The notes under the pieces: generated by a model
What the model saw: the letters and a program-made list of their open reading frames with translations, nothing else
What the model was told of the DNA's origin: nothing
Database searches by the model: none
In this document: positions 1 through 13,885 of the stretch, piece after piece
Numbering within the stretch: the first letter of the stretch is position 1
How the letters are laid out: each line of letters begins with the position of its first letter
Made by a program: the position numbers and the translations under genes
DNA from: the human T2T-CHM13v2.0 reference genome, Homo sapiens
Length of the DNA: 64,000 nucleotides
NCBI RefSeq assembly: GCF_009914755.1
Contig: NC_060927.1
Strand: one strand, 5' to 3'

Positions 1-214
1 CATCTCAGAGATGAGATTCAATTAGATCTAACCATAGAACTTTATGCACTTCGCCATGTGATCTTAGAGGCAGAGTTTGAGCTGAAAATGTGATGCTCTA
101 ACAGTAAAATTTCAAGACAATTGTCAAGTAGGAAAGGACTTTTTGGGGACGTGAAAAATGAAGTGTTTAGATATTTCCAATTCTCCTAAAAATGAAATTA
201 GGTAAGCCTGTATT

Positions 215-417
215 TAGTGATGGGCTTGTAAACCATCTTTCTGGAGAAAAACAAAAACAAAACCTCACAAGCCCTGATTTGTACCTTTTGCCAATTTCTG
301 TGGTATAAATACTCCTATTATGGCCCATTTCAAGTTTTCAACAGGCTCACAACGTTGTTGAATATTTAATAATCAGTTCTCAAAAGCTGGGACAAGCCTG
401 CTCCAGCACTCCACTGC
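215..417 (-). mobile_element. hAT DNA transposon relic, MER63-like
   Basis: Reverse complement begins cagtggagtgctggagc...tgattattaaatattc, resembling the MER63 terminus; recognised from memory. Confidence 0.55.
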
Positions 418-524
418 AGTCATTTTACTCCAACTATGTGTTAACTCATCATCTAGGTACTGTTCTCAGGTTTAAAATCTAGACAAAGCTTCCCAGCCTA
501 TGGGGGGGTCAGTGTGCCCGGCAC

Positions 525-935
525 TGTGCTGTGCCACTCTGACTCCCCTTCAATGAAGGCTGTGTTGTCCTTGCTGCAGCAAGCGCTGTCAGTCCCTTTA
601 GGGATTGCCAAGACTGCAGAGAAGCACCTCACCCAACGTCATGCACTTTCCAGAGTGACCCACATCAAAGAACAGAGCAATTTGGTGTTTTAGAGGCCTA
701 GCCTTCTGAATCCAACTGAGAATGACTCTGAGGGCTCATTCTAGCTCCACAGCTTCCCAAGGAGGCAGCCACAATTGTTGGGCCTGCATCTCAGCTTCAT
801 TTCTCTCTCTACCCACTCAGGCTTCCTTCCTCTTCTACTGAAAGGTGTCAATCTCAAGGGCACTTGATGAACGTCCTGCTCACTACACACTACCTGAGGG
901 TCCACCACTTTTCTGGGAACCCATCATATGACAGT
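525..935 (+). mobile_element. Ancient ERVL solo LTR, LTR16A-like
   Basis: Characteristic blocks gactccccttca, gggcctgcatctcagc and ending ctgggaaccca...tgaca. Confidence 0.55.
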
Positions 936-2121
936 TAGAAAGAAAGATGAAGACCACTCGAATTTGCAGGACATTCTTGCTCCACACACCCCAACGTGGG
1001 GCAGAACTCGATAAATCAGAGCCCACTTAGTCCTGTGATCAGAAATGGATGTGAAGGGAGCAGCTGGGAGACTCCATAACTCCAGGCAAGCTTAAAAGGC
1101 AACAAGAGACAACCAGCTGAATGTGCAGCTTCGTTAGGTCCCCTCCCCTCCTGTGCCCAGCTGTCTGTGGAGCCTACCTCAGGCTGTATCTGTTACTAAA
1201 CAGGAGCTTCCTAATGACCTCAGGACAGAACAGGGAAATGCAGCTGGGTGGAACTTTAAATAACTACTCGCTGGAGACCAGCAATGATAAATGTGCACTC
1301 TTGCCACAGTTTAATATTTTAGAAGGAACAAAGCAATGGGGAAAAGAATTGAAAGATCCATTGTAAATATTATTTACTCAGACTTAAAGTACAATGGGAA
1401 ATCTCTTTTTTCCCTTCCACTCTCTCTCTGTTTTCTGTTCTTTGCTCAGGCTCCTTTTCTCTCCCTCTCTCCCTGCCTTGAATCTCTCTCTGCCTCCTTC
1501 CATCCCTACGCAATTATTTGGAGAGCAGACTTTTTAGCAGTTCAGTCCTCTGAGTAGTAAACAACCATCACAGAGCACACATAATTCACCCTGAGGAGAA
1601 ATCTGAGGTAGATGCTTGGTTACAAAATAGCCAGCAATTAAGACAGGACAGAGTAGCAGTAAAAAGGAGCTACTGACAAGCAGAGAATGATAGATACCTG
1701 CTTACATCATCCATTCATTTATCAAGATCCACAGAGAATTCACCATTTGCCAGGAATCATGGAATGAATGTGACCACTAAACAGACCTAGTCTCTGCCCT
1801 CCTGGAGCCCACAGTCTAGTGAGACTGTAGACAAGTGACATTGAGAAGACAGACATGAATCAAAACATTATAGAAGTAAATATTAACTTACAACTCAGCT
1901 AAAATGCAGTGGGGGAATGTCAGGTGGAGCTATGAGACTGCAGACCTATGAGACAAAAGACCTGGATACTGTAGTAGAGTAGCATGGGGACATTCAGAGT
2001 GAAGATGAGTGTTCTCCCAGAGGTAATCAGCCCCTAAGAACATCCTCATGACAGGCCAACAGCCCATGCACATACTGGTGCCGCAAGACTCAGAATACAG
2101 AATTTAAGATTTCAGAAAAGA

Positions 2122-2297
2122 CACAAAGGATAAATGCTTGAGGGGATGGCTTTCCCATTCTCCATTATGTGATTATTTCACATTGCATGCCTGTATCAAA
2201 ACATTTTATGTAACCCATAAATAAATATACCTACTATGTACCCACAAAAATAAAAAATAAAAAAATTAAAAAATAAATTAAAAATTAAACATTAAAA
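2122..2297 (+). mobile_element. 5'-truncated L1 (L1MA-type) 3' end with A-rich tail and 16-bp TSD
   Basis: ggataaatgcttgaggggatgg...tgcatgcctgtatcaaaaca...ctactatgtacccacaaaaat; TSD aagatttcagaaaaga at 2106-2121 and 2298-2313. Confidence 0.85.
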
Positions 2298-2999
2298 AAG
2301 ATTTCAGAAAAGAGTGGAATTTTTAAAGGTAGATGTTATCAAAAATATTTAATAGTTACAATAAAAATAAAATTTTAATAAAATATAAGATATTATATTG
2401 TTCTCTAAGATGAGGTGTCCATATCTTAGAGAATGGAAAGGATGATTTTGGTGTGCAAAGGACATACTGGAACTTCTGTTTATATTTCATTTTATCTCAT
2501 CCTTTTAAAAAATTCTAGTTTGATATCTGCTTTATAATGTATAGAGTATATTGATACAGTAGTCCTTACATCCAACTTGTAAATAAAAAGGTATATGGAT
2601 ATATTCTCAAACGCATTTCACTGGTGGGTGCATAATCAAAAGTTTGGAAGTTAGTATTTGCGTGGTGCATTCTGAAGGCAAGCTTTCAAAAGTGGCCATG
2701 GTACCTCATGGCACTTCCTGCCCCTAGGAGCAGAGTGTCCCTGTGTTTCTAGATTTCCAATCCCTATTCCAAGATGATCTCTCTCTTCTTCTCTGCCCTT
2801 CTCTACTTTAAAAAATATTTTTTTCTAAAACTTTTTATATATACAAAATGATCTTAGAATATTCATGAATAAAATGGCAAAGAGCTGGCAGGAAAAAAAA
2901 AACAAAAAACCAAAAACAAAAAACTGCCTTCCAGAAAGCAGCAGGCACTTACTGTTACTTAGTTTTGTCCTCTGCTTTGAAATTCCCTTCTTCCAGATT

Positions 3000-3320
3000 T
3001 CTGCATGGCATAGTCCCCACTTCATTAGGACTCAGCTCCGATTCACCTCAGTGAGGCCTTCTCTGCAGGACATATCTAAAGACCCTTCACTCCGAACCTT
3101 CTAATTTTGCTAACTTCTCTTCATAGCACTTGCCTCCACTTGGCTCTGGATTACAAATGCTTGTGCTGAACTTCCTTTGTCTATCCCCCTCCAGGAAGTT
3201 AAACCCCATGAGCACAAGGACTTCGTTTTGTTCACTACCATACTTGCAGCACCTAAAACCAATGCCTGGCAAGTGGCAAGTGCTCAATAAATAAATATTT
3301 TTTGAATGACTGAAGGAATG
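3000..3320 (+). mobile_element. L2 3'-end relic
   Basis: gcacctaaaaccaatgcctggcaagtggcaagtgctcaataaata...tgaatga is a typical L2 terminus. Confidence 0.6.
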
Positions 3321-4576
3321 AAGAAAATCTGTGTTGTTCAATGATGAAATCAAAACCAAATGGAATATTTTGAGTCTTTAAATACATTTCTGAGGTCATC
3401 TCACAGGCCAACTTTTTGCCAAAAATGTTGAATGAAAGTGGAAGAAAACAGCTAAAGCAAACAAATTTTTAGTTTCTTTAGTAACAGCAGATCTCTTAAA
3501 TAAGGTTTAGGATGAAAGGAGCTACATCCGCCCAAACAGCCTCATCCCATTTACTGCCAAACTTGACATTCTCTGGAACCATCTCACGTGGTAGGAGCCA
3601 AGAATTGTCATGATAGAGAAACACAAATCATGGAGCCCTATTCTCTGTTGAAAGGAAGAATAATTGATAGTATCCTACAAATGCTTCTCCACACCCCCAA
3701 TGCTGATTTATCATCATGAAGCTTGCTTTCTCTCAGTGTGCCTAGAAAAGTTTCTTAAAAAATTTCTTTTCAGTCCTTTGTTTATCCTCCCCAAGAGTGT
3801 CCTAGTGTTAACTGTACATATTTATCTCATGGCCCAATGACTCTCTCTGCTCAAGCGATTCCTGTTACAGGAAGAGGTTTGCCCCTGGCCTTATTGAAGC
3901 TCAAGTAAAGGAAAAGACTAGAAATGCAAATGTAGTTTACAAATAAATATATGAGAATTAAAACTCTGAATGATGAAAAATCAAAATCACCATTAGGAAA
4001 AGTTGGATGGTGAGAAAAAAAAAAAGGACTTTGATTTATTTATTTAAAGCTACAAAAAATTAATTATTTAATTCTTCAAAAACAAAATTACTTTTAAAAG
4101 TCTTATGGTTAGTTGTTTCTATAAGGGCTTCCTTAAAGTAGCTCTAAAATATGTAGTATTATCAACACAATTGAAACGAGCTCTGATGACCTATTTGCAG
4201 CTTGGCAATTCTCTTTATTGAAAGAATAGAAAGGACAGATTGCTCAGCAGTGTAACTCACTTCAAAGTAACTTCCTTTACCAAGCGATAGTGTCTACTTG
4301 TCACACAGGAAGTGAAGACTTGGCAAAATTTTCGCTGGGTAGTTTCCTTTGACTTTTTGCATTACAGTCAACTTATCTATGAGTGATAGGAAGTGTAAAT
4401 TTAACTGTACTGACAACTTTTTGATAATCTACTGTATCTGCAAGACTTTTCCAGCCAAATGGCCCACTGACCCTTCCAACTGAGTATTATAAACACCTAA
4501 CATGCTAAATAATGATGAATAAATTAATGATGAAATAGATTGATTCATTCATTCATCAGTTTAAAACCACATTTGT

Positions 4577-4909
<333 letters not shown>

Positions 4910-6924
4910 TCAACTCCTTCTTCTAACTTTTAACTTCCACATTTTTGCCTCACCACCCTTCTGTGAACCCACATGACCAGGGTAGCAGAGGAAGCTGTTT
5001 TTCCTCTTCTTCTAACTAGTTGGGCCAAGCCCTTCACAGCCTTCCTTCCTCGTTTTTCTTGCATCTACCTCTTGGTTACCATCCAAGTCTAGGCTTCATC
5101 TGTCTCTTTGCTTTCACTCTCTACCCTGTACACAGCAGGCACACTATCCTTTTGCTTTTGTCAACATTACACTGTTCCTCTGACTACAAATAGAGAGGGC
5201 ATTACTCAGCCTGGCATTCAGGGGCTTCCAAATCAAGGTCTGCCTTCATTTTCAGCTCTAGGTTTCACTGGTCTTCCACACTTCAACAAATTGGAAATGC
5301 TTTTTCTTTCCTGGAATATTGTCTACCCCTTTTCCCACATCCATATCATGCTTCTCCTTCTGCATGGAATTCCTCCCCTCTGTCCCCCCAACACCACACA
5401 TACCCCTATCATCAGAGTCAATCAACTGCCCTTCTTAGAAATCTTTCCTATTACCCCTAATAAGAGACCATACTGTCCTGTTCTGGATGCCTGTGGTTCT
5501 TGTCCCACTTTTTTGATACGTGCCTTTAGTGTTACTCATTCATTTATTCATATGCTATGTTTTTCTCTGATTTACTACTAAACTCCTTGGGACCACATCT
5601 TGTTTCAGAATTGAAATTGATAGGACTCAGTTCATTTGTGTTGAAAGAATAAATGAATGAAAGTATGAAACAGAAAGTTATTTTATCATCTTCTCTTCAA
5701 AACAGGTTTTGAACTTCCTATTGACATAAAATGCAGAAATATTTGGTAGACATTTTGGTATTCCTAAATATTACATAACAAACTTATGTTTGCAAAGCTA
5801 TCATGTAATAGGATGTAGGCCCTAAAGGGTTACAACCAGTTGCAGGTATCTTGTATACACAGAACAATTTGACAAATGGTGGTGGAAACATTGGCTGAAC
5901 AGATACAGAGCAACATGGTCTTGTTTTATCCTCTTAGAAGGTTGTTTTGAGTTCATCGTCTGCTCATAACATATAGAAGAATACTGTTTTCACCAATCTT
6001 TAAGTGAAAATATTTTTTTTCTTTTCTACACTTTTATCTGTGTTGAGCATGAACAAAACAAGTTTGGCATATGGTGTTTCCTGAAATTTTTATATGTTTA
6101 AACATGGCATAAAATCACAGTACATTGCTGTTTATATAAATGCCAACAGCTCTCATATTTTCCAGTTTTATACCTTCTTATTGGAAGGAACTCACAGAGC
6201 CATCAAACCAGTTCTGTCTCTAAGCACGTCAATGCCTAACCATCCCAGAAATACACGTGCTCTTATAAAATCTTCTAAGAGGCCATTACATAGCACAAGA
6301 ATTCATTCCAGCCTCTCCAAATCCTGAAGTCAGAAATTTCATCCAAGACACTAAACTATATTTTTCTAAGAGTAAAACCCATTTTCAAATCATGTAACTT
6401 TTAGAAACAAAGGCAAAATACTCCCTTTAAAATATATCACAAAGGAAAAGGACCCAGTGGGGCCACACTAATGGCTTCTGTGACTCTGCTGAGCCGGACT
6501 TCTTCCTCAACTCTGACCTCCCTGCACTCTTTCTAGCACTGGTCATCTCCTTCTGCCTGTCTAACTGTGAAACGCTCTAGGTCTTAGCCCCAGGTGCCCT
6601 GCCCTTCTCTGTCCATGTGGCCTCTCAGAGAGCCTGTCCAGTAGTGTGGGGTATAATAATTTACTCAGGTCTCAGAATTAAGTGCTATAGTCCAAGTTCT
6701 ATCTCTTCTCTAACCAGTAGTGGGACCCTGAACTCACCATGTATTTTCTCTGGACATTAATGTATTATCCATATATGCACAGCTAAGATTAAAGAATGTC
6801 TCAGGTGTCTACAAACATTAAGCATCCAGGACACTACAATTCTACCAACTCCAAGAATGATAATTTCTAAATACTGTATGTTTCTCTAGCCATATGTGCT
6901 CTGCCAAGATCTCAGACTCATCAA

Positions 6925-7165
6925 TTATTTATTCATTCACTCATTGTTTAGCAGCTATTAGGCATGGGGCACCAGGATAGGCTTTGGGGATACAATGGTC
7001 AGTAAAAAAGGTATGGTCCCTGCCTTTGTAAAGTTTACAGTCTAATGGACAATAAGCAATGTAAGAATGCTAATAAACAAAAAGCAAGCAAATACATGTA
7101 TAATTTCAGATGGTGTCAAGTACTATGAAATAAGAGAGAAAGAAACAAGCACATACCTACCCCAA

Positions 7166-7199
<34 letters not shown>

Positions 7200-7430
7200 A
7201 GAGAAGGGAGGGAGGATACAGTGTGAGAAAATGGGTAAGCCCTCTCTGAAAAGATGGTACTTCAAGCCAAAACTCTAGTAATGTGAAGGAGGCTGATATT
7301 CAAAGGGTAGACGTGAGGCCATTTTAGGTGAAAGGAATGACAGGTACAGAGGTCCTGAAGAAAAAAGTTCTTGTTGTGTTGAGTGAACAAAATAAGGGGC
7401 TGGTAGATCTGCAGCAGTGGATGTGAAGTA
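6925..7430 (-). mobile_element. L2 relic interrupted by a (CA)n(GA)n microsatellite at about 7165-7200
   Basis: attcattcactcatt...gggatacaatggtcag...atggtccctgcc...tttacagtcta is the antisense L2 3' end. Confidence 0.6.
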
Positions 7431-8309
7431 AAGAAGAACAAACGCAGCATCTCTCTCCTCACCATTTCACCTGAACTCGAAGTAGGACTAAAATCCCTAA
7501 CTCATTTGCCCATTAGCGTCACCTTGGTGATCTTCTAAAAATTCCAAAACCCTTGATACTCCCTAAATCAGTCAAATCACAAACCCAGAGGCAGAACACA
7601 GTCACACAGTCATCAGTATGTTTTGAAGCTTCCCAATGATTCCAAAGTGCAGAGAGTTTGGGAACCACTGACTTAAATTGATTTTAGTGCTTAATTTCTT
7701 GTTTTGCCCATCTATGAAATGATGAGGTTCAATTTAATGAGGTCGGGTCTCTTTCTTGCTCTAAATTAGGTGATACGTATATGCAGATCCAGGGCATTTG
7801 CACCCACCCCTTCCTCAAGTCTTCTTTCCTCCCCAAACTTTTACCCTACAAACTTCATATTCTTTTATCCGGGCTTAAAATCCTGGAAACTTAGACTCTT
7901 CTCTTCACACTGTTCCTACAAATCAGGCAGGCTCTGTTGATCCAAAGCATCCAGGTTTTTCATGAAGCCCTCTTCAATTCTTACCTGGATACTCACTTAC
8001 TGCAGTCTCACCTTCCAGTCCACCCTGCCCTGATGGCCATTCTGAGTTCAATCCCTACTGCCTACCCAAAGCCCTTCTCAAGTGCCATCTCCCCAAGAAG
8101 CTTATGTAACCAGCTCAAGTACCTATGACAACTAGTCTGTAAAGTTTCACAGTCCTCATAATTCATATGATACAATTTAGGACTGAATTATATACAAGTA
8201 TCCATTATACGTTGGTCTTATCTCCCCAAATGAGTGTTAAATAAATTAATAAAAGAAATACACATTTTATTAATTCCTGGCATATATTAAGCATTCAAAC
8301 ATTATCTAA

Positions 8310-8420
8310 TAGTAGCAATGGTAGCGTTATTTTTGGAAGTAGTGGAAGTGGCAATGACATTGGCAGTGGTAGTGCAGTGGCAATAGTACTAGTAGTAGTA
8401 GTGGTGGTAGTAACAATGGT
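8310..8420. repeat. Degenerate (GTA/GTG/GCA)n low-complexity tract next to a MIR relic (about 8430-8560)
   Basis: agtagtagtagtggtggtagta and similar, seen directly. Confidence 0.6.
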
Positions 8421-10618
8421 ACAATGTGAAGGCCCCATGTTAGCCAGGCACTTTATACACATCATCTCATTTGAACATTAAAACAATCCTGCAGAATAGG
8501 TTTTAAGCTCCTCACTTCACAAATAAGAAAGTTAGGGATTAGGAAGCTTAAGAAACTCAAAGAAGGGGGATGGAAGATCTATCTAATCCTAACTTTGTTT
8601 AAACATTACTCAATGTTACCTCCTTATAAGCCTCCCAAAGGAGAATTCTCAGTAAGGAAGACAGGCTACAGGTTGTTCAGTTTTGCAGATTAACTAGTGT
8701 CCCCCAGGATTGCCACATAAGCAACAAATATGTATAGTGACATACTCCAGGTATTTATAAACAAAATCTTTTCCCCTTAAAGCCATGTAATACAGTAAGT
8801 ATGCTAGTAGATGCCCCTTTCTATACCAGCAATGAGAGGAGGACTTAGTCAGGTTGCTGAGTCACCTGTTCCCATCTCCAGATGCCATGATTGACAAGTT
8901 CATCTAGAAACTACTTGAGCCACTCAAGGTCAAGTAAACATTTTATGTACCGAACTTGCAGAGCTCATAATCCACTCACTGAAAACACCAAGAGGGCTCC
9001 AGCAACTTAGACGTTTTCTCCATCTCTTGCCCTAATTTTTCAAAAGCAAACATTTGGCTCTGGATGCTGATGAAGGAATAAATATGTGAATAATTCAATA
9101 ACAAAATTTCTGGTCAGGCATTTATTGGCAATCCTGTTCAAGAATATAATTGCTACAGCAACAAGGATAATTATCAGCATTTGGTGGGAGGAGAGGTGTC
9201 AACCTGTTTGAAGAAATAGTGCTGTATAGAAATGCAGATAAAAATGTGTAGGAGAGTGAAGAGAGAAATAATTCATGTCCAGGTACTAACCAAAGGTAAA
9301 ACTCAAGAATGTATTTTAATTTAAATCCTATGTTGCTAACAAGTTTAAAAAATATTTATTTTAAAAGAGATAATTTATTATTATCATATAAACAAAGAGA
9401 AACACATGGAAGAGATAATCCAAAACAGATAATCCAAAAGCAGTGGCAGATCTAGAAGTTGCTCCTCTTTATTTCAGAAATACATTATCTAATTTGCTTT
9501 TTTTGTGCTTCAGTTTACTTTCCCAAGTCTGATTTAGGCTAATATTATAATTAGTTTGACTTTCCTGAGCCCTTACCAAGTGCTAGGAGGAAGTTAATCT
9601 AAAAATGTGCTAGTGGAAGATAATATGAAAACAATTATTATAAATTAGTCATCTTGACTGAGGAAAAATGGCAGACCAAGTACCTCCCCTTCTGTTCCAA
9701 ACCTCTTAAAATGGAAAAAAAAAGGTGTGTTTTAACATAAAAACTAAGTACATATGGGATAAAAGTGAAACAATGGACTTCCACAGTGTCAGAAAATTCT
9801 CAGCTCTGACCTGAAAAAAAATCTCAAATAAGTGATGTGAGATCCTGGTTCTTAGTACACACTTGTTAAACAGGAATTCATTTATTCCAAAGACTGATCC
9901 AGGGTTTACAAGGCACCACAAAAGATAACCTAACCTGATTTCTGACCCAGATTCCTGAAAGCAGAAGAAAGTTTTCCTTCCAGTAACTGAAGCCGTTCAC
10001 AAATCTGCAATTATGAAACTATTTTTAAAAGATGACTCATTTCACAATTTTTTTCTACCTAAATTCCTTAACCAAACTGATAGTCACGATTTCTTGACAC
10101 TGACTGCATGTCAGTGTATTTATACATAGCCAAGTGGCCAGTGTTTTGTGTTGGTAGCCAAAAGCCAGTCATCCTAGGTTTCCAGGTTTGCAAGTGAAAA
10201 TGTTTTTATTCTACTCCATTTTCCCTTTGGCTTAAGAAAGATTTGAACTGCACTTTCAGCTGGCATTATATACAACGGTGCTGAAAGCACATGTGTGAAA
10301 ACTTGAATCAAGTATCAGGAAAGGCAGAGTTGATAAATGTTTTTTTCTTTTAACCAAATATAACTGTGGCTTGCAGAAAAACAAAAAAGAAAACCTTTCT
10401 TTCCTAACTTCTAGGAAAAAAAAATACAGGCAACTCAGCTTGTAATAAGGGTATAACTCAGGGTTTGACTCCTTAGTCAATTAACGTCTCCAAAAGAGTG
10501 GTGTTAAAATAGGCATATATGTGTGTGTGAATGCATTATATAAAAAGTATAAAGGCTCAAATATGATACAATTATTTATACTGTAAAACAAATATATAAT
10601 ACCAGACAGGATCCTTAC

Positions 10619-10821
10619 CTTTTCAAGTATAGCATTTCCTTGATGAGGATTGATGTTGTGCTGACTTATTTCTCTTTTGTATTTATATTCATAAACTTGG
10701 TCAGTGATATTAACCAGCAGAGTTGATGGACTGAAAGTTAGTTTTACACAGTCATAGACAGTTCCACTTTCAATATCAGTTGGTGCTGTAGCATATCGTA
10801 AAATTAGTCCCATTATAAGGC
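10619..10821 (-). CDS. SLC9A9: SLC9A9 coding exon 2, 203 nt, (G)LIMGLILRYATAPTDIESGTVYDCVKLTFSPSTLLVNITDQVYEYKYKREISQHNINPHQGNAILEK
   Basis: Acceptor T-tract-AG|GC (AG at 10823-10822) and donor AAG|GTAAGG (GT at 10618-10617). Exon-1 G plus GC forms a Gly codon; 175+203=378 nt=126 codons. Encodes the NHE6/7/9-type luminal loop. Confidence 0.96.
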
Positions 10822-11002
10822 CTAAAAAAAAAAGAATAAATAATGGTACTGGAGGAAGGCAATCTAAAATGCCACTATTGGAAACCTATATGATTTGGAA
10901 CCTTCAGAAGTGACAGGATAAAGTGTTGGGTTATTGCCTGGTCTAGAAAAGTGTTCACTTTTGCATGGATACCAGTTCAACATAATATAGTGTTAAAATA
11001 TT

Positions 11003-11583
11003 TGTAGTGAGCACCATTGCTTCAATACTCAGCAAATCTTCCCATTTTTTTTCTCCCTAGTGGACCTACTAATTTTGGAGAGAAAAGATACCTAACTCCT
11101 TCTATCCATCCAAATACTTTAAGAAAACCTTTGCTCTGTGATAGACACTGAGTCATCTAATCAGGAGATGGAATTCCCCTGGGAGTGTTTCTGGTCCACA
11201 GATTAGCACAAATCTCAGTTATCCCCATCAGACTTTATTATGTCACACCCCATGGTTGGGGTGAGAGGTGTTCTTGTTCTCTCTCTCAGGACATGACTAA
11301 GGCAATATAGTTCTTTTTTTTTTTTTTGCTGGCAGGTTATCTGTGACCATAAGTAGATCCAGTCCAAGAATGCAGCCAATATACTGAGGAGGGTAGGACT
11401 AAGATAGTAGCAGAAGACAGAACCTAGGTGTTGAAGGACATCACAGAGCCACTAGATCAACCAGCCTGCCCTAGAGCTACCCTAACTCTAAACTTCTTGC
11501 TGTGTAATATAATACATTCTCTAATTTTTCCGTTTTGAATCTAGTTTCTGGTTACTTGTAGCCAAATGCATTCTAATGATACC
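11003..11583 (+). mobile_element. Ancient ERVL solo LTR, LTR33-like
   Basis: Ends tttctggttacttgtagccaaatgcattctaatgatac, like the LTR33 3' terminus; homologous to the end of the 16175-16716 element. Confidence 0.5.
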
Positions 11584-12198
11584 ACATTCCTTTTCATAAA
11601 CAATTCAACCTAAGTGACAATCCTTGAATTTTTACGTTTTTAAACTCTGTTAAGATGCTCATGGCGATCTGATAACTGTGGGCTTTTTAAATGTAGATTT
11701 ATTAACAAGCAACAGAGAAACATCAGAAGCCTAAACTCTGTCAATTTAAAATTAGGACTGATGTATGTGTTTTGGGATAAATGATCCAGAGTTCACTCTT
11801 TAAAACTTCTAATTTTGGAGATTTTACCTCTCTTATGAATCTGGTCATCTAATAACCTTTTATTTCTTTAGTAAAACATTTTTGGGGTGCATATTGTGTA
11901 CCAGACATTTATAGGTATAAAATTAGAATACAGGCCCAGTCTTACAGGAGCTCGTTTGTGTAAGTGAAGATTCATGAACAAACAATTATAATAAAACATG
12001 ACATGTGCTATGACCGCTGGGAAGCACTCTGTGATACATGAGTATAGACAGGGGGTATTCCGAAGCCCTTTGAATTATGCAAAGCTTGAAATAAATCTTA
12101 AAAGGTCACATAGATTTGTCCAGATGAGCTGAATCAGAATGAGTTGGGATCCAGTTTGCACATATGGGTAGCAGCACGTAAGAGCAGAGACAGCTGGG

Positions 12199-12276
12199 AT
12201 GCTCTCCCTGTGTGTAGACCAGGATCTATGCTCTCCCTGTATGTAGACCAGGATCTACACTCTCCCTGTGTGTAGA
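12199..12276. repeat. 29-bp minisatellite, about 2.7 copies (ATGCTCTCCCTGTGTGTAGACCAGGATCT)
   Basis: Units start at 12199, 12228 and 12257. Confidence 0.9.
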
Positions 12277-13426
12277 GTTGCTATTGGCAAGTGGCTGCTC
12301 AGCCAGGTGCTATGCTTCCTGATTGTCTTGCATCTGGCTGGTTCTTACCAGTGGAAGAATGTTGGGATACTGTGTAAGAAATCACTAGTGATAACCTTAC
12401 TAACACAATGCATATATACAGAAAGACATAAGAAATCTGGTGCATTTAGGGAGTCACTAGTGGTGTAAAAAGAGAATAAATAGAGAGAAAGAGAGACAGA
12501 GAGAGACTCTAGACCTAGGCCATAGGCAGAGCCAGGTCAGAAAGAGGCTCCTCTCTCATGCTGAGAGGTTTTGATTTTTAACCCAATGGTAATGTAGAAC
12601 TATTGAAAGATTTTAGGCAGGGGAGTAAACCAATCAGGCTTTCATGTGAGAACCATCACTTTGGCAACAATGTTGAGAACTAATCAGAGTGAGGATGAGA
12701 ATGCAAGCAGATTTCTTTCAAGAATATTTTTATTTTATTATTCCTGCTTCAGTGTTTGGCTGACTCCTCCAGAGTAATTAGAAAAATTGTATCCAAATCT
12801 CTGGGAGCAAGAGAAAATAAGTTATAGATACGTAACCCTCACTGAGTGCTTGATCCACCACAGCACAGTAGGCAACCTTCCATGCTCAGTGTTGAATGAC
12901 GACAATAAAACTAGTCAGGAGCAAGAAGGGAACATAGATCATCTACACTCTACGTGGCTTAGGGTGCTTGCATAAGAACATCATTTTTTCAACACACGTT
13001 GCTTAGAAAGGATTTAATTCCTAAAAGTTATTCAGCAAGTACCATGAATGACACCATTACTATTCTTTCTACTTCTACAAAGACGGGAAGCACAAGATAC
13101 TATCTGCATGGGGCCTAAATGGAAAGAATCCATATTAATGTCATTTGTAATTCCTAGTGGGCGAGGCACTCTTTTTTTTTTTTTTTTTTTTTTTACAAAA
13201 TGCTTTCAATGAAACAACAAGAAATAAACATGAAGTGTCCACTATTAGTTCCCAAGCAGAGAAAGCAAGTCTTTGTCATAATAGTGATGGCCTGGTGCCT
13301 AGTGTGGTTAAATTCATACAAGACCTCCAAACCTAAATGGCCCTGACTATCCCTCTGCACTAGCTCTGGCCTCATTCTTCGAGAAGAAGCACATTGAAGT
13401 GAACAGAGGAAGCTGCTTGCTGCCAT

Positions 13427-13885
13427 TGTGGCAGAGGTGACCAGATGTAATAGCCATGAAAATGTACCTCTCAGATAGATGAAAATGTACCTCCCACTCT
13501 GAGGAGGCAATTGACCAGTGGTCTCAGCTTCTCTGCTCTGGAATCCATCACCACTTTCACACTGAGGTCAGGCTCCCAGCCGATGACTGAACACAGCAGG
13601 GATACTAAGGCAAGCAGATGGGGACTCCTCTGAAGGGCAACCATGGCTCAGGGACCCATCATTAATCTTGCCAAACTTTTCCTAGAATTGCACCACAGCC
13701 TAAAGATTTCCTACCCAGCTTTCCTTCCTTCTCTCTCTTCACAGGATCAGGCCTGCATCAAAACCTGACAGCTGTCCTGGCATCCTCATGCTCACTCCCC
13801 ACATTCTCTAAAGGAATGAAAATCTTTTGTGCAATGAATCTCTTTCTAGCATCTGCTTCTTGGAGGACCCAAATTAACACACTCA
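13427..13885 (+). mobile_element. Ancient ERVL solo LTR, LTR16C-like
   Basis: tgtggcag...tccatcaccactttcacactgagg...gggatactaaggca...tctgcttcttggaggacccaaattaacac; internal 15-bp repeat atgaaaatgtacctc at 13456 and 13479. Confidence 0.5.

Noticed and set aside
5108-5581. Longest ORF in the track (157 aa)
   Set aside because: TTG start, no recognisable domain, and it overlaps degraded L2-like sequence; a chance ORF.
10097-10117. Short hairpin acactgac-tgcat-gtcagtgt containing TGCATG
   Set aside because: 8-bp arms are within chance, and the RBFOX motif is on the strand opposite to the SLC9A9 pre-mRNA.
10481-10618. C-terminal extension VRILSGIIYLFYS... of ORF 10481..10813
   Set aside because: Read-through past the exon 2 donor (AAG|GTAAGG); intronic, not NHE9 sequence.
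12199-12276. 29-bp repeats as a CRISPR-like array
   Set aside because: Head-to-tail with no unique spacers, eukaryotic context, no cas genes.
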